From positions 5,916 to 69,915 of the forward strand of contig CAYGUE010000006.1 of NCBI GenBank assembly GCA_964352885.1: a stretch of DNA of 64,000 nt. Reading direction: 5' to 3'. Under the pieces are notes generated by a model that saw only the letters and a list, made by a program, of their open reading frames with translations, was not told the DNA's origin and did not search any database. Positions 1 to 9,884 of this stretch are shown here, in pieces. This stretch comes from an uncultured Pirellulaceae bacterium. GTDB lineage: Bacteria > Planctomycetota > Planctomycetia > Pirellulales > Pirellulaceae. Made by a program: the position numbers and the translations under genes. Position 1 is the first letter of the stretch, and each line of letters opens with the position of its first letter.

Positions 1-153
1 CCAAGCTGCATGCCTTAGCGGCCCATAGACATGTCCCCACGACCCGGGATTGTTTACCAAGATCATCAACATGATCGTCAGTCCACGCAGTGCATCAAGC
101 GATGCGTACCGCGAAGCTTGTGTCGTTTTTGTTGCTGCGTTGTCTAACTTCAT
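1..153 (-). CDS. Heparan-alpha-glucosaminide N-acetyltransferase (HGSNAT/NagX)-like membrane acyltransferase, 5' part only (runs off window)
   Basis: Manual translation from ATG at 153: [51 protein letters not shown]; the SLDxxRG...ILVNNPG...L.HA.W motif is typical of the family. Not in the ORF track. Confidence 0.85.
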   Translation of the reverse strand, partial: MKLDNAATKTTQASRYASLDALRGLTIMLMILVNNPGSWGHVYGPLRHAAW

Positions 154-346
154 CGTCAACCTTCAATTGATGTTCGGCCTCACAACACAGATCCAGTTTC
201 TCAGTCGGTTTTGCAATCAGTTCTACTATAAAGCCAAGTTGAAAAAGAGCGAGGCGTCCGCGCAGCGGCCCTGCGTAAACAAGTTGGCAAACATCCCAAT
301 TGCGAATTCAGTTCTACAACGAACGAATTGAGGCAATGCTTTTCAT

Positions 347-3300
347 CTACTGTCCTTGATAATAACTTGGCTTTCGCGGTTGAACGCCGAGCTTTTCGTA
401 ATTGAAGCCAGACTTCAAAGGTGCGTATTGACCAACGATCTCGACCGAGCTACTCCCGACGATTGCGTCAGCCATTCCGAGCCCCCAATAGACTCCGTTC
501 ACTGTCAGCCTGCGGACTCCTTCGTTTTCAAAGTCCTTGGCTGAGCCCATCGTGAAATGCAAGATCTTGGTCGCGCGACCTTGATTGCCAATCCATTCCT
601 TGGTCCAAGCGATGGGCAACGGTTGTTTGGCTTTGTTTGGCTCTGCGTGACGTGTAAGGTCAACGAGTGGTTGCCCCATGACGAGAGCTTGGCAGTCTTC
701 GGGGAACGGCGATTTTTCATTGTGACAACGGTACACGTCCGACGTGCCCCAGATATCCGAAACGCCAGTCAGGACCGGATGGGTCGCGTTTTCTGGAACT
801 GGAATTCCAGCGGTTGCTTCTCGATGCCAACCGCCGTGATGCCCCATGAATGATCCGCCCAGCAGCTCGCGAAGTGAAACTTGCCGGCCATCTTTTTGAT
901 AGTTCATGTTGCCATAAAATCCATGGTTGGCGGTGCGCAACGCAACCAGCGGCTTGCCTGAATCGAAGTATTCGTGAAAGTGCTTCATCTGGTCATCGGG
1001 CAACTGCATAAAACGCGAAACCCAAATCAGACAATCTGCCTTGGCCAAATATTCGAGCCCCGGAATGCGATGGTGCTTTTGTTGATCGTCGTCTTTGAAA
1101 GGCGCGGGAAGCGTCGGATCGACTTGTCCGTCTTTATTTATCGAAAACAAAACGGTGCAGTCAAAGCCGTGGTGTTCCGCCAGGACTCTTGCCAGCATGG
1201 GCATCGATTGTTCACTGCGATACTCCTGTTCTGCTGCGATTAGAACAACGTGCTTTCCACTGCCGGGCTTCCCATCCGCACCTTCGAAGGTCAACCAAAG
1301 GTCGCTTTCTGGCACCGGGTGATTTCGAAGCGGCCGGCCCAGAGAAGTGAGAACGAAATCAACCAACGCTTGTGACTCGAACCAGCCCGGCCACATGTTG
1401 TGCCCTTGTCCTTCGGCGACTTCCAAAGTCATCTCGCCACCGAAATCGGCGTAACGCTGAGCGACGATTGCTGAGTTTGCATCGAGAGGCACGAGTTTGT
1501 CGCTATCTCCATGAATGTGAAAGATCGGAACGCGAGCCTCGGCAAGGCCGCGAAGTCTTGCGATTGGATTGTGGCTCGAGAGATCTTTCTTCAGGCCGTC
1601 TGCATCAAGTTCATAGGCGCCGCATGCTTTGTCCAGCCCTGGATAACTTTCGAGATTGCAAACTGGATAGATTCCGGCAATCCCGGAAACCAAGTTTGGG
1701 TTTTCAGCGGCCCAGTTGTAAAGCATCAAACCACCGCGACTTCGCGCGAGTAAAACTGGCTTTGGACTAAAACGTTTTGACTCGACCAGATACTGATGCA
1801 GTTCGGAGTACTTTGCTCGACCGTTTGGGCTCCCGTAGGATTCGCCGACATCAATTCCTGCGATTGCGACGCCCGCCGCAAGGAATCGCTCGAACATCCA
1901 TTTTTCTGAAACGGCGGGCAATCCGTTTAAGGTCGGTGCGTACCAAACCCATGGGATTTCTTTAGACTTTTGGTGGCCTTTGGGAAGGATCACGAATGCA
2001 TCGTTGCCGTTTAGCTTGAATGACTCACCGTTGAGCGGCAGCTTCTTTTGGCTTGCCGTGATTTTGGGAATTGTTCCGGATTGATTCTCCTGCTCGTCGC
2101 CGATCGCCAGCTCTTGAATCCAAATGTTGCGAAATTGAACCTCGTTGTGATGGCCCTGCAATTTGATCGGTCGAGCTGCACGTTCTTCGCTTTTTCCGGC
2201 GCCCGTCTTTCGCTTCAATTCAACATCGTTATGAATGAGCTCTTTGTTTTGGTAAACTGTGATCCGAGCGTTCTCCGTTTTCTTTCCATTAGCGGCAGCA
2301 AATCTCGCAGCACGGAAAGCGATGTCGTAGCTTTGCCATTCACCGGCCGGCTTGTTGGCCAGTTTGTCTGGAGTTTTCGCTCCGTAGAGACAGCCGCAAT
2401 CGTCTTTTCGATAGTCGGCCAACTCAATCCCGAACGAATTGAGGATTTGCAATTCGTAGCGTTGTTGAATGTAAATTCCAGAGTTTCCGTTAGCTCCTCT
2501 GGCTTTGTCTCCAGCATCGTTAACATTGAATTCCACATGCATGCGAAAGTCGCGATAAGCCTCGGGTGTAACGACACTGTCCCATTTTGGTGATGCGGTC
2601 AAAACGCCGTCAGCGAAAACCCACTGGCATTTGTAATGCGTTTCAGGGATGAACTTCGATTCTGTTTCGCCGACCAATTGCACCGCACTGGCAGGCCGTT
2701 GAAAGTCAACAAGCCCTCGTGTCGTTGCAGCTGAGTCGGGGTGAGTACTGACGGTAACGCTATTGGATTTGTGGTTGGTTTCAAGTTTGCTTTGTTTGCT
2801 TTGTTTGCTTTCTTTTGGTTTAGGGATTTCATTCAGCGTGTAGTACGCCGAAGCGTGAAGAAGTTTCTCATTCTCGGCCGACCGTAAATTAGGCAGGTAG
2901 AAATCATGGACGTGACCTTGAACCAAGCCGTCTACGGTGACTTCGACTTTTAGCCCGTCCTCCGAAACGATCGCCTTGGTCGCGATTGGCTCCGTTTGGT
3001 CGACCTCCGGGCTTCCATAGCCCTGGCGATAAATGTGTGTAAACGTTTTTAGTTGATACGATTCAGGATTGCCGGCCTGTTCGTGATCAACGGGCTTGGT
3101 AAATTCGATTTCGAAACCAGTCGGCTTGGCTTTGATCGTCTTGATCTCAAAAGGGACCAGACCGGTCCAATCCAACCTTTGAACCGCGTAGGCCTTGGGG
3201 CCACGAACGGGCCAACCACGATTCGTGCCGCCAGCGATCAAATTCCCGTCTGGCGTAAACTGTACGGCCAGCAAGCCAGTGTCAAAGCCTTCGCGGAACG

Positions 3301-4294
3301 GGTAGCAGGCTCCCTGCCAAACGCCGTTAACCTTTTCTGTCGTCGCACGCATGACGACGCCAAGGCTAAAGTCACTGATGAAGATTTGATTCTCAAAGGG
3401 GCCAAACTTTCCACCGGTCTTGTCGACCATGAAACCCGAAATCGAACGTCCCATTCGTTTGTAGGGAAACACAACGGCGTAGGGAACCAGTTCTTTGACT
3501 CGTTTGCGTTCGTCTTCCAGTCGTGATGGCGTATTGGGGACGACGGGCGCTGGGCCAAGCTGTGGTGCAAGTTCATACCAATTGAAACTGACAGGGTGAC
3601 CCATGAATCCGCCCTGCTCAAGGACCTTCAGCGAGCAGGAGCCATTCCAGGGCCCTTGGCTTTCTGCGTAGAACATGACGTCGTGTTCGTTGGGGCCAAT
3701 TCCACATGGACTTCGGATCCCACTGCAAACTGGAATGGTTTTTCCCTCGGGCGTGATCTTCAGGCACCATCCTCGAAACGGCGCGTCGGAGTGGTATGAC
3801 TTTGAAAGACAAAGAGCAACCCAAATGTTTCCGTCGGCGTCTGGTTTTGAACCGAACGAAAACTCGTGGTAATGCCGAAATCCCCAGACGTCGCTCAGGG
3901 TGTCAAAGCGATCAGCCCGACCATCGTTATTGGTGTCAGTAATGCGAGTGACTTCGGTTTGTTGGGTGACGTGGAATGATCCGTCCCGATAGGCCATCCC
4001 GAAAATCTCGTCGAGACCGCTGGCAAACGTTTTGAACTTGGGGTCTGGATGCTCATCGAAAGCTCCGTCGACCAAAAAGATATCGCCTCTGCGAGTCGCG
4101 ATCGCCAATTGGTTCTGGTCGGGCATGACTTCGAAACTGCCGGCTTCGATGGCAAGTTCCTCAGGCAACGGTATGTCAACCAGTTTGTAGTACCTAGACT
4201 CTTCTTCGCCTGTACCCCAATACTCGCCAAGCGGTTCTTGCTGCGGCATCATCGCGAACAAGGTGAGAGAAATCAGTTTAAGCAAAATTAGCAT
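347..4294 (-). CDS. Secreted multidomain protein: PVC-type beta-propeller (sugar dehydrogenase-like) + DUF1080 + alpha/beta hydrolase + ThuA-like domain
   Basis: 1315 aa with N-terminal signal-like segment; GIRSPCG propeller motif; DUF1080 motifs (DFRMHVEF, GNSGIY, YELQIL, GEWQSYDI, IKLQGH..VQFRNIWI); nucleophile elbow ARSRGG with HGDSD and GQGH; C-terminal ThuA-like EQEYRSEQSMP...RTANHGF. Confidence 0.75.
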   Translation of the reverse strand: MLILLKLISLTLFAMMPQQEPLGEYWGTGEEESRYYKLVDIPLPEELAIEAGSFEVMPDQNQLAIATRRGDIFLVDGAFDEHPDPKFKTFASGLDEIFGMAYRDGSFHVTQQTEVTRITDTNNDGRADRFDTLSDVWGFRHYHEFSFGSKPDADGNIWVALCLSKSYHSDAPFRGWCLKITPEGKTIPVCSGIRSPCGIGPNEHDVMFYAESQGPWNGSCSLKVLEQGGFMGHPVSFNWYELAPQLGPAPVVPNTPSRLEDERKRVKELVPYAVVFPYKRMGRSISGFMVDKTGGKFGPFENQIFISDFSLGVVMRATTEKVNGVWQGACYPFREGFDTGLLAVQFTPDGNLIAGGTNRGWPVRGPKAYAVQRLDWTGLVPFEIKTIKAKPTGFEIEFTKPVDHEQAGNPESYQLKTFTHIYRQGYGSPEVDQTEPIATKAIVSEDGLKVEVTVDGLVQGHVHDFYLPNLRSAENEKLLHASAYYTLNEIPKPKESKQSKQSKLETNHKSNSVTVSTHPDSAATTRGLVDFQRPASAVQLVGETESKFIPETHYKCQWVFADGVLTASPKWDSVVTPEAYRDFRMHVEFNVNDAGDKARGANGNSGIYIQQRYELQILNSFGIELADYRKDDCGCLYGAKTPDKLANKPAGEWQSYDIAFRAARFAAANGKKTENARITVYQNKELIHNDVELKRKTGAGKSEERAARPIKLQGHHNEVQFRNIWIQELAIGDEQENQSGTIPKITASQKKLPLNGESFKLNGNDAFVILPKGHQKSKEIPWVWYAPTLNGLPAVSEKWMFERFLAAGVAIAGIDVGESYGSPNGRAKYSELHQYLVESKRFSPKPVLLARSRGGLMLYNWAAENPNLVSGIAGIYPVCNLESYPGLDKACGAYELDADGLKKDLSSHNPIARLRGLAEARVPIFHIHGDSDKLVPLDANSAIVAQRYADFGGEMTLEVAEGQGHNMWPGWFESQALVDFVLTSLGRPLRNHPVPESDLWLTFEGADGKPGSGKHVVLIAAEQEYRSEQSMPMLARVLAEHHGFDCTVLFSINKDGQVDPTLPAPFKDDDQQKHHRIPGLEYLAKADCLIWVSRFMQLPDDQMKHFHEYFDSGKPLVALRTANHGFYGNMNYQKDGRQVSLRELLGGSFMGHHGGWHREATAGIPVPENATHPVLTGVSDIWGTSDVYRCHNEKSPFPEDCQALVMGQPLVDLTRHAEPNKAKQPLPIAWTKEWIGNQGRATKILHFTMGSAKDFENEGVRRLTVNGVYWGLGMADAIVGSSSVEIVGQYAPLKSGFNYEKLGVQPRKPSYYQGQ

Positions 4295-4371
4295 TTTGAA
4301 TTCTTTAGTTTACTTTGAGGTTGGATTCACATTGGAATCGTAGACGCATGTTGTCTCGTAAAGCTGTCTTG

Positions 4372-7146
4372 CTATTCCCACAGATACTCGAGCACCAGTT
4401 GCTCTTGCTTGCCAGGCGCAATATCGATTGGGACTACCAATTGTTTTCCAGCATCGGTTTCAATCACGGCAGCTTTGTGTTCCGATGCGACGCGAACTTT
4501 TAGCTGTTGGCCAATCGTGAACACTCTGTCCAATTCTGTGATGGTTGCCGAGGTTGCCACTCGAAAGCGAAGCCCATTTCTTCCGGCCTCCGTCGTCATG
4601 GTGAGGTGACGACGCAAGTTGTTATTGCCCGGGCCGTTGGCAACTTGAGAAAAGAAATCTTCAATATTCACCGATTCAAATTCGTACAAGAACGTAGGGC
4701 GTTGTGATTTGTCGAGCGTGTAGCCTTTGAATTGATGTTTGGGCGGTCGATTCTCATCAACTGCCCAAGGCGTTTTCGCATCATCCAGTTCAGGGCCTTT
4801 GGTGAACTCGATGGGGCGTTCCAGCGGGCGGACTGTGCCATGCCCCTGTCCTCTCCAGACGCCACCTGCCTCGGCGAATTTACCTTTCCAAATGGAGCTT
4901 AGCCGCAACTGCTCGGCATCAAAGGCGATGTTTACGCCGCCAGGATAGCCGACACCGATTCCACGTTTTCCAATCCCGGGGTAACTGCGTCGCAACATTT
5001 TCGCTTCGTCAGTAACAACGATTTCGAGCGGTTCTCTGACCACACCGCTGGGCGCACGAGCTTGACGACCGTCGATCAAATATTGCCAAAGAGCTTCGAC
5101 TTGATCTTCGGGTGAACCTTCGATGTCGGTCCGAATTGCCTGTCCACCCGGCCAGAACGACGGCATGACCGTGTTTTGGCTAAAGGCTTGAGGATCCAGC
5201 ATGTATTGATAGAACCAATCTTTCTTCAACCGCTCTGCCATTTCAGTCAGATCGACAGCGGGCATCGTGTCAGAAGTTTTGTACTGATACGTGTGGCACG
5301 CGACGCAGTTCAGACCTTTGTTTCCGGCCAGCGAGTGGCCTTTCTCTCGCATCACTTTTTGGTCATCGAAATCAGCAAACTTGGTATCAGACAGGCGGTC
5401 GTTTGCTTCGAATAATTTCAACAAGTGTCCTACGCTCTCTTCACCGTACTGCGGCATGCGAGTTTTCATGTAGGGACGAATGGAACGCCGGTTAACCAAT
5501 ACGTCACGCATCCACTCGGAATTGAGTTTGGCACCGACCCCAGTAAGCGTTGGTGGGATTCTTCCTTGATCGCCCAAATTCAAATTGGTTGTTTGGAAAT
5601 GCGGATTGCGAGCTTGGGTGATGCCGCCAAAATCGTCTCGATTGTGACAAGCAACGCAGCTGAACGACGTGAGTGTGACTTCGATTCGCTGTTGATCGTT
5701 TAGCTTCATCGGATGTTTTTCCAACGCGGTCCGAATGGACTGGCGGTCATAATCGGCAAGATGGAAATTCGGCCAGTCACCTGCTTGATCTGAAAGGCAG
5801 CCGTTTTGCGGATTCAATTTCTCCAGGCTTGGCAAAGCTGTTTGCTGCGAATCACTTGAGTCACCGCCTCCGATTTCTGTGTGACACTTAAAGCAGTTCT
5901 GTTGTTTGAAAAACGTTTCGCCTTGCTTGGCCAATTCCGGATCAAGTTTCCATGGAGTGAACGTTTTAGGTGCCGATTGCAGCAAGTAGTTTGAGATCTC
6001 GACAGTCTCCCGATGCGTCAGTTGCATATTGGGCATGTGTCCCGATGGCCGAACCGCGTGAGGGTCTTCGAGGAACTTGGACAGTCCATCAATGTTGTAT
6101 TTGTTGGACAAATCACCCAGCGTCGCCGAATCAGCCAACCTTTGCTCTTCTGCGGCTTCGTTTCTGGGAGAATGACAAGCGACACAACCTGTCGAATGGA
6201 AAAGCGCGAAACCAGAATGCATCGCTTCACCATCGATGGGTTGTGGCCGATACTCGTTGTTTGATTGGGAAAGCAAAAAGTGCGTGATCGCCGTAACGGT
6301 TGTTGCGCGCTCTGTTTCATCCATTTGGCTAAACAGTTCCGGCATGGTCGTGCCCGGTTTGACACCGTGTGGATTGGCGATGAATGCCTCGATGTGTTCG
6401 GGATTGATCTTCGCTGCGGACCACTTCAGTCGTGGCGCTTTTTTTGCGGCGACTGGAGATCGAAGCGAATCTGAGCTGTGACAAGCAATGCAATTCAACT
6501 TTTGCATCAACACCAAACCATCGAGTTCAGGTGTTAATTTCCTGCGAACGCCGTTGTGGGCTACTTGTGATTTCGCGTCCGGTCCTCGTTCTTTGACATC
6601 AATGACGTAGCGAAGCAAATCGAGAAACTGTCGGCGATTCTTAAGTTCATTTGCAAGGTTCGCTGGCATATTGGATATTTTGCCAGGTCGAATTGCGTCG
6701 ATATCTTCTTGCTCGATTGTGATCAGTTTGTCGACATTGTCGCGATCGCGAAACACGATTTGTTTTTTGTCTTCGCTAACTTTGATACCGGAGATCGTTT
6801 GCCCATCGGTCGTCAAGACGACAAACGATTCATAGCCTTCTTTGATTTGCCGGGACGGTTGAAGAATGGATTCGATGATGTGCTGGTCGGTGATGTCTCT
6901 TTCCATCCGACTGAGGTCTGGACCAATCCGATCTCTGTCAGCTTTGCCTTGATGGCACTTTGCACAGTTGATATTGCCTTGGTGGAAAAGAATTGCACCT
7001 CGAACAATGTCGCCATCTCGCCGAGCTTGTTCTGCCAGTTTGGCCGGATCTTCCGCGCTGAGTTGCTCGTTGAGCGTTTGAGCGAGAATCTCTGTGCAAA
7101 ACACGAGTGCGAAGAGAAAGAAGATTGCTCGAGTGCAAGTGCTCAT
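4372..7146 (-). CDS. Multiheme c-type cytochrome (6 CxxCH), PVC-type heme-binding domains
   Basis: Signal peptide; CAKCH, CIACH, CVACH, CFKCH, CVACH, CVACH, several followed by GP/PxL and MP motifs; N-terminal domain with IGPDLS...ESILQPS...GYE...SNMP. Confidence 0.85.
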   Translation of the reverse strand: MSTCTRAIFFLFALVFCTEILAQTLNEQLSAEDPAKLAEQARRDGDIVRGAILFHQGNINCAKCHQGKADRDRIGPDLSRMERDITDQHIIESILQPSRQIKEGYESFVVLTTDGQTISGIKVSEDKKQIVFRDRDNVDKLITIEQEDIDAIRPGKISNMPANLANELKNRRQFLDLLRYVIDVKERGPDAKSQVAHNGVRRKLTPELDGLVLMQKLNCIACHSSDSLRSPVAAKKAPRLKWSAAKINPEHIEAFIANPHGVKPGTTMPELFSQMDETERATTVTAITHFLLSQSNNEYRPQPIDGEAMHSGFALFHSTGCVACHSPRNEAAEEQRLADSATLGDLSNKYNIDGLSKFLEDPHAVRPSGHMPNMQLTHRETVEISNYLLQSAPKTFTPWKLDPELAKQGETFFKQQNCFKCHTEIGGGDSSDSQQTALPSLEKLNPQNGCLSDQAGDWPNFHLADYDRQSIRTALEKHPMKLNDQQRIEVTLTSFSCVACHNRDDFGGITQARNPHFQTTNLNLGDQGRIPPTLTGVGAKLNSEWMRDVLVNRRSIRPYMKTRMPQYGEESVGHLLKLFEANDRLSDTKFADFDDQKVMREKGHSLAGNKGLNCVACHTYQYKTSDTMPAVDLTEMAERLKKDWFYQYMLDPQAFSQNTVMPSFWPGGQAIRTDIEGSPEDQVEALWQYLIDGRQARAPSGVVREPLEIVVTDEAKMLRRSYPGIGKRGIGVGYPGGVNIAFDAEQLRLSSIWKGKFAEAGGVWRGQGHGTVRPLERPIEFTKGPELDDAKTPWAVDENRPPKHQFKGYTLDKSQRPTFLYEFESVNIEDFFSQVANGPGNNNLRRHLTMTTEAGRNGLRFRVATSATITELDRVFTIGQQLKVRVASEHKAAVIETDAGKQLVVPIDIAPGKQEQLVLEYLWE

Positions 7147-7532
7147 GAAAATTCCGGCTGGATGGATTGTTCCTCAACAGAAGTATACTCCAAGAGTATT
7201 GTTTTCTGTCCGCATCAATCGCCCAACGGCATCGCTTTACCGCATGAATTCGTACATCTTTGCGAACGGCATTCAGAACCTGATCGAGCAACGGTGGCGC
7301 CCAGCCATGTCGAAGGATCATGCGGGCAAGGTGCATCCGTAGAGTTTGTCTCCCCAGATTGAGTAGGCAAGTGACGCCTAGCTTACGTTGCACCCTCGGT
7401 CCCGTCTCATCAAGAAAAAACGAAAGAGGTTCATTTCTGAGAAGGCAGCCTCCCAAAACTGTAAGACTGGTCGATTCGTCGTTTTGACCGGGGCGGGTTT
7501 TCAGTGTTCCAACCTGATTCGCATTCTTGGCT

Positions 7533-7559
7533 TACACGTACCTCTCCACTTACCGATCA
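7533..7559 (+). promoter_or_regulatory. Candidate sigma-28 promoter for the HDOD/K+ channel operon
   Basis: TACA-N15-ACCGATCA versus consensus TAAA-N15-GCCGATAA, about 50 bp upstream of 7607. Confidence 0.4.
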
Positions 7560-7606
7560 AACATGCGAGGCTTTATGGTGAAGCAACTTCTCTTGGGGGC
7601 AGATAG

Positions 7607-8464
7607 GTGGTCAACGCAAGCCAATCAATAGATTCCCCGGATGAAGTTCGGCAAAAACTCCTGAACCTTGAGGGTTTGCCACCTTTCCCCGCGACAGCGT
7701 CACAGATACTGATGCAGTGTCAAAAACCTGAGGTTGACGCTCGTGCTGTTGCTCAGCTAGTCGAGTGCGAGCCAGCGATTAGCGCAAAAGTTATCCAACT
7801 CGCAAACAGCCCGCTTTATGGCGCGTCTCGCCCAATCGTATCGATCGGCCACGCGATCGTCCTGTTGGGCTTCAGATCGGTGTCGCAAATGGCTATCTCG
7901 ATCGCCGCCGGCAGCATGTTTGGGCATGGCGATCCAAAACTGGCTGCGCATCGCAAAGAGACTTTTCGGCAATCGCTCGCATGCGCAATCACCTCCCGAA
8001 TGCTTGCAGCACAGTTTGAATCGGTGAATCCGGACGATGCGTTTCTTTGTGGCGTGATGCATGACGTCGGGAAGCTCGTCCTGTTTGACGCCGCTGCACA
8101 GCAATATTGCGACATGCTGGAACGGGAGCCGACAGGAAACTCGACGGCAGCGGAGCAAGTCGCATTTGGAATTGACCACGCGGGACTGGGAATGCGATGC
8201 GGGAGGAAGTGGGGATTTCCCAATCAGATCAACGTCGCTATTGAACAACACCACCGAATGCTTGCCGATGTAGACCACGCTTTGTCACAAGCGGTAATGG
8301 TGGGAAACTACTTTTCTCGACGGTGGACGTTGACGGAAAACTCCAAAATTAATCAACCCGAAAACGCAGAAATAGAAAGCTTATTGAGCACCATTGATAT
8401 GGCGGCCATGAGGGATGAATGCCTTGATCAGTTCGAGACGGTCATCGAAATTTGTGGGGCATAA
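7607..8464 (+). CDS. HDOD domain protein (stand-alone)
   Basis: LPPFP...EPAISAKVIQLANSPLY...HAIVLLG, GVMHDVGK, GIDHA..G...KWGFP. Confidence 0.9.
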   Translation: MVNASQSIDSPDEVRQKLLNLEGLPPFPATASQILMQCQKPEVDARAVAQLVECEPAISAKVIQLANSPLYGASRPIVSIGHAIVLLGFRSVSQMAISIAAGSMFGHGDPKLAAHRKETFRQSLACAITSRMLAAQFESVNPDDAFLCGVMHDVGKLVLFDAAAQQYCDMLEREPTGNSTAAEQVAFGIDHAGLGMRCGRKWGFPNQINVAIEQHHRMLADVDHALSQAVMVGNYFSRRWTLTENSKINQPENAEIESLLSTIDMAAMRDECLDQFETVIEICGA

Positions 8465-8467
8465 GCG

Positions 8468-9190
8468 ATGAAAACATCATTCTTTGGCTTAGGTCTGACT
8501 GCCATTCTTACAGTCCCCTTGATCGTGGGGACTGTCGGCTACGTGATCATTGAAGGCTGGCCCGTGCTGGATGGTCTTTACATGTCCATCATCACACTTT
8601 CGACGGTTGGTTATGGGGAAACACAGGAACTGTCAAGCATCGGGCGTATTTTCACGACTGCCTTGATCGCCATGTCCATGCTTTCAATGGCATGGTGGAC
8701 TGCGGGAATCACCAGCATGATTGTGGGCGGTGAATTAAGCGGAAGATTTCGAAAACAAAAGGAAGCCAAAATGATCTCTCGAATGTCCAATCACACGGTC
8801 GTATGCGGCGGCGGTTTGTTTGCCAGGACGGTCATCGATCAACTTTTCCGTGACGAAAAGCAAGTCGTGGCAATCATTGGCTGTGAAGAAGAGGTCACCC
8901 TCATGCGACGGCTATACCCGGAGTTGCTGATCATCGAAGGCGACCCGAAGTCTGAGATGTCATTGGCCGATGCCAATGCGGTTTCGGCCGACTTCCTTGT
9001 CGCAGCTGTCGAATCCGACTACGACAACCTGCTCATTACCATCACTGGCAAGGGACTCGGAACGGATGTCAAAATCATCAGCTGCGCTCAAGGGAATGAG
9101 TTGGCCAGCAGGATGATCAAAGTGGGTGCGGATCAAGTTGTTTGCCCTTTCGTGTTGGCGGGACAACAAGCAGCTAAGATGATCGCTTAG
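8468..9190 (+). CDS. Potassium channel with RCK/TrkA-N domain
   Basis: Two TM helices flanking the TLSTVGYG filter; HTVVCGGG Rossmann start; GADQVVCP end; no RCK-C. Confidence 0.9.
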   Translation: MKTSFFGLGLTAILTVPLIVGTVGYVIIEGWPVLDGLYMSIITLSTVGYGETQELSSIGRIFTTALIAMSMLSMAWWTAGITSMIVGGELSGRFRKQKEAKMISRMSNHTVVCGGGLFARTVIDQLFRDEKQVVAIIGCEEEVTLMRRLYPELLIIEGDPKSEMSLADANAVSADFLVAAVESDYDNLLITITGKGLGTDVKIISCAQGNELASRMIKVGADQVVCPFVLAGQQAAKMIA

Positions 9191-9347
9191 GACTGCTGGA
9201 ACATTAAGTGGCTGTACTTCTATTGTCGCTCGGTTCAGCGAATCGGTAGCGATTGGCCACACGCAATCGGCTCGGAGAGCCAAGCGACATTAATTTTCCC
9301 GGCGGGCCTTAGTCCATGTCACATCGTCGCAGTTGAAACCAGTGCAT

Positions 9348-9379
9348 AAAAAAAGCCGCCGAATTTCGGCGGCTTTTTT
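9348..9379. terminator. Bidirectional intrinsic terminator
   Basis: A7-GCCGCCGAA-T-TTCGGCGGC-T6 between the convergent K+ channel and fliS-like genes. Confidence 0.85.
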
Positions 9380-9411
9380 CAAGCATGGTCGGCTCTCAAT
9401 TTAACTCTTCT

Positions 9412-9834
9412 CTAGACGGTTGTTCGGAAAACGTCGATGGTGTCCATCGGCGGAATTTTACCACTTGTTTCGAGTTCGTTTGCTTCCTCTGCGATCGCTT
9501 CGAATCCGTTCCGCAGCTCGGTCAGAACTTTGATTGCGTCGTCAAATTTCTTGTCTGCCAAACTTTGAAGTACGAAGTGGAGCAATCTCGCAACGTTGAA
9601 GGCGACATCGTGCTCGTCTGCTTTGAGGCCGGAATGAATTGCCAAAATCGTTTTCTGTGAATCAACGAAGCTTTGAACGTAAGCGTCACCGTCTTCCGCT
9701 TCGAGCGCCGCCTTGGCGTTGCCTACCCTTTCGATGCCACGATCATAAAGTTGAAGTAGCAGATCAATTCGCGTCCACCCGCCAAAGACATCCTGCTTAC
9801 TGTATGCTCCAAGTTTTCTTGCTGCGTTGCTCAT
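9412..9834 (-). CDS. fliS: Flagellin export chaperone FliS-like
   Basis: 140 aa helical protein directly after fliD; AYSKQ...LLLQLYDRGI...VLTELRNGF pattern. Confidence 0.7.
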   Translation of the reverse strand: MSNAARKLGAYSKQDVFGGWTRIDLLLQLYDRGIERVGNAKAALEAEDGDAYVQSFVDSQKTILAIHSGLKADEHDVAFNVARLLHFVLQSLADKKFDDAIKVLTELRNGFEAIAEEANELETSGKIPPMDTIDVFRTTV

Positions 9835-9884
9835 CGGTATCGTTAATCCTTCAAGTGAGGCTAGGGTCTAGATAGCAGTAACAA

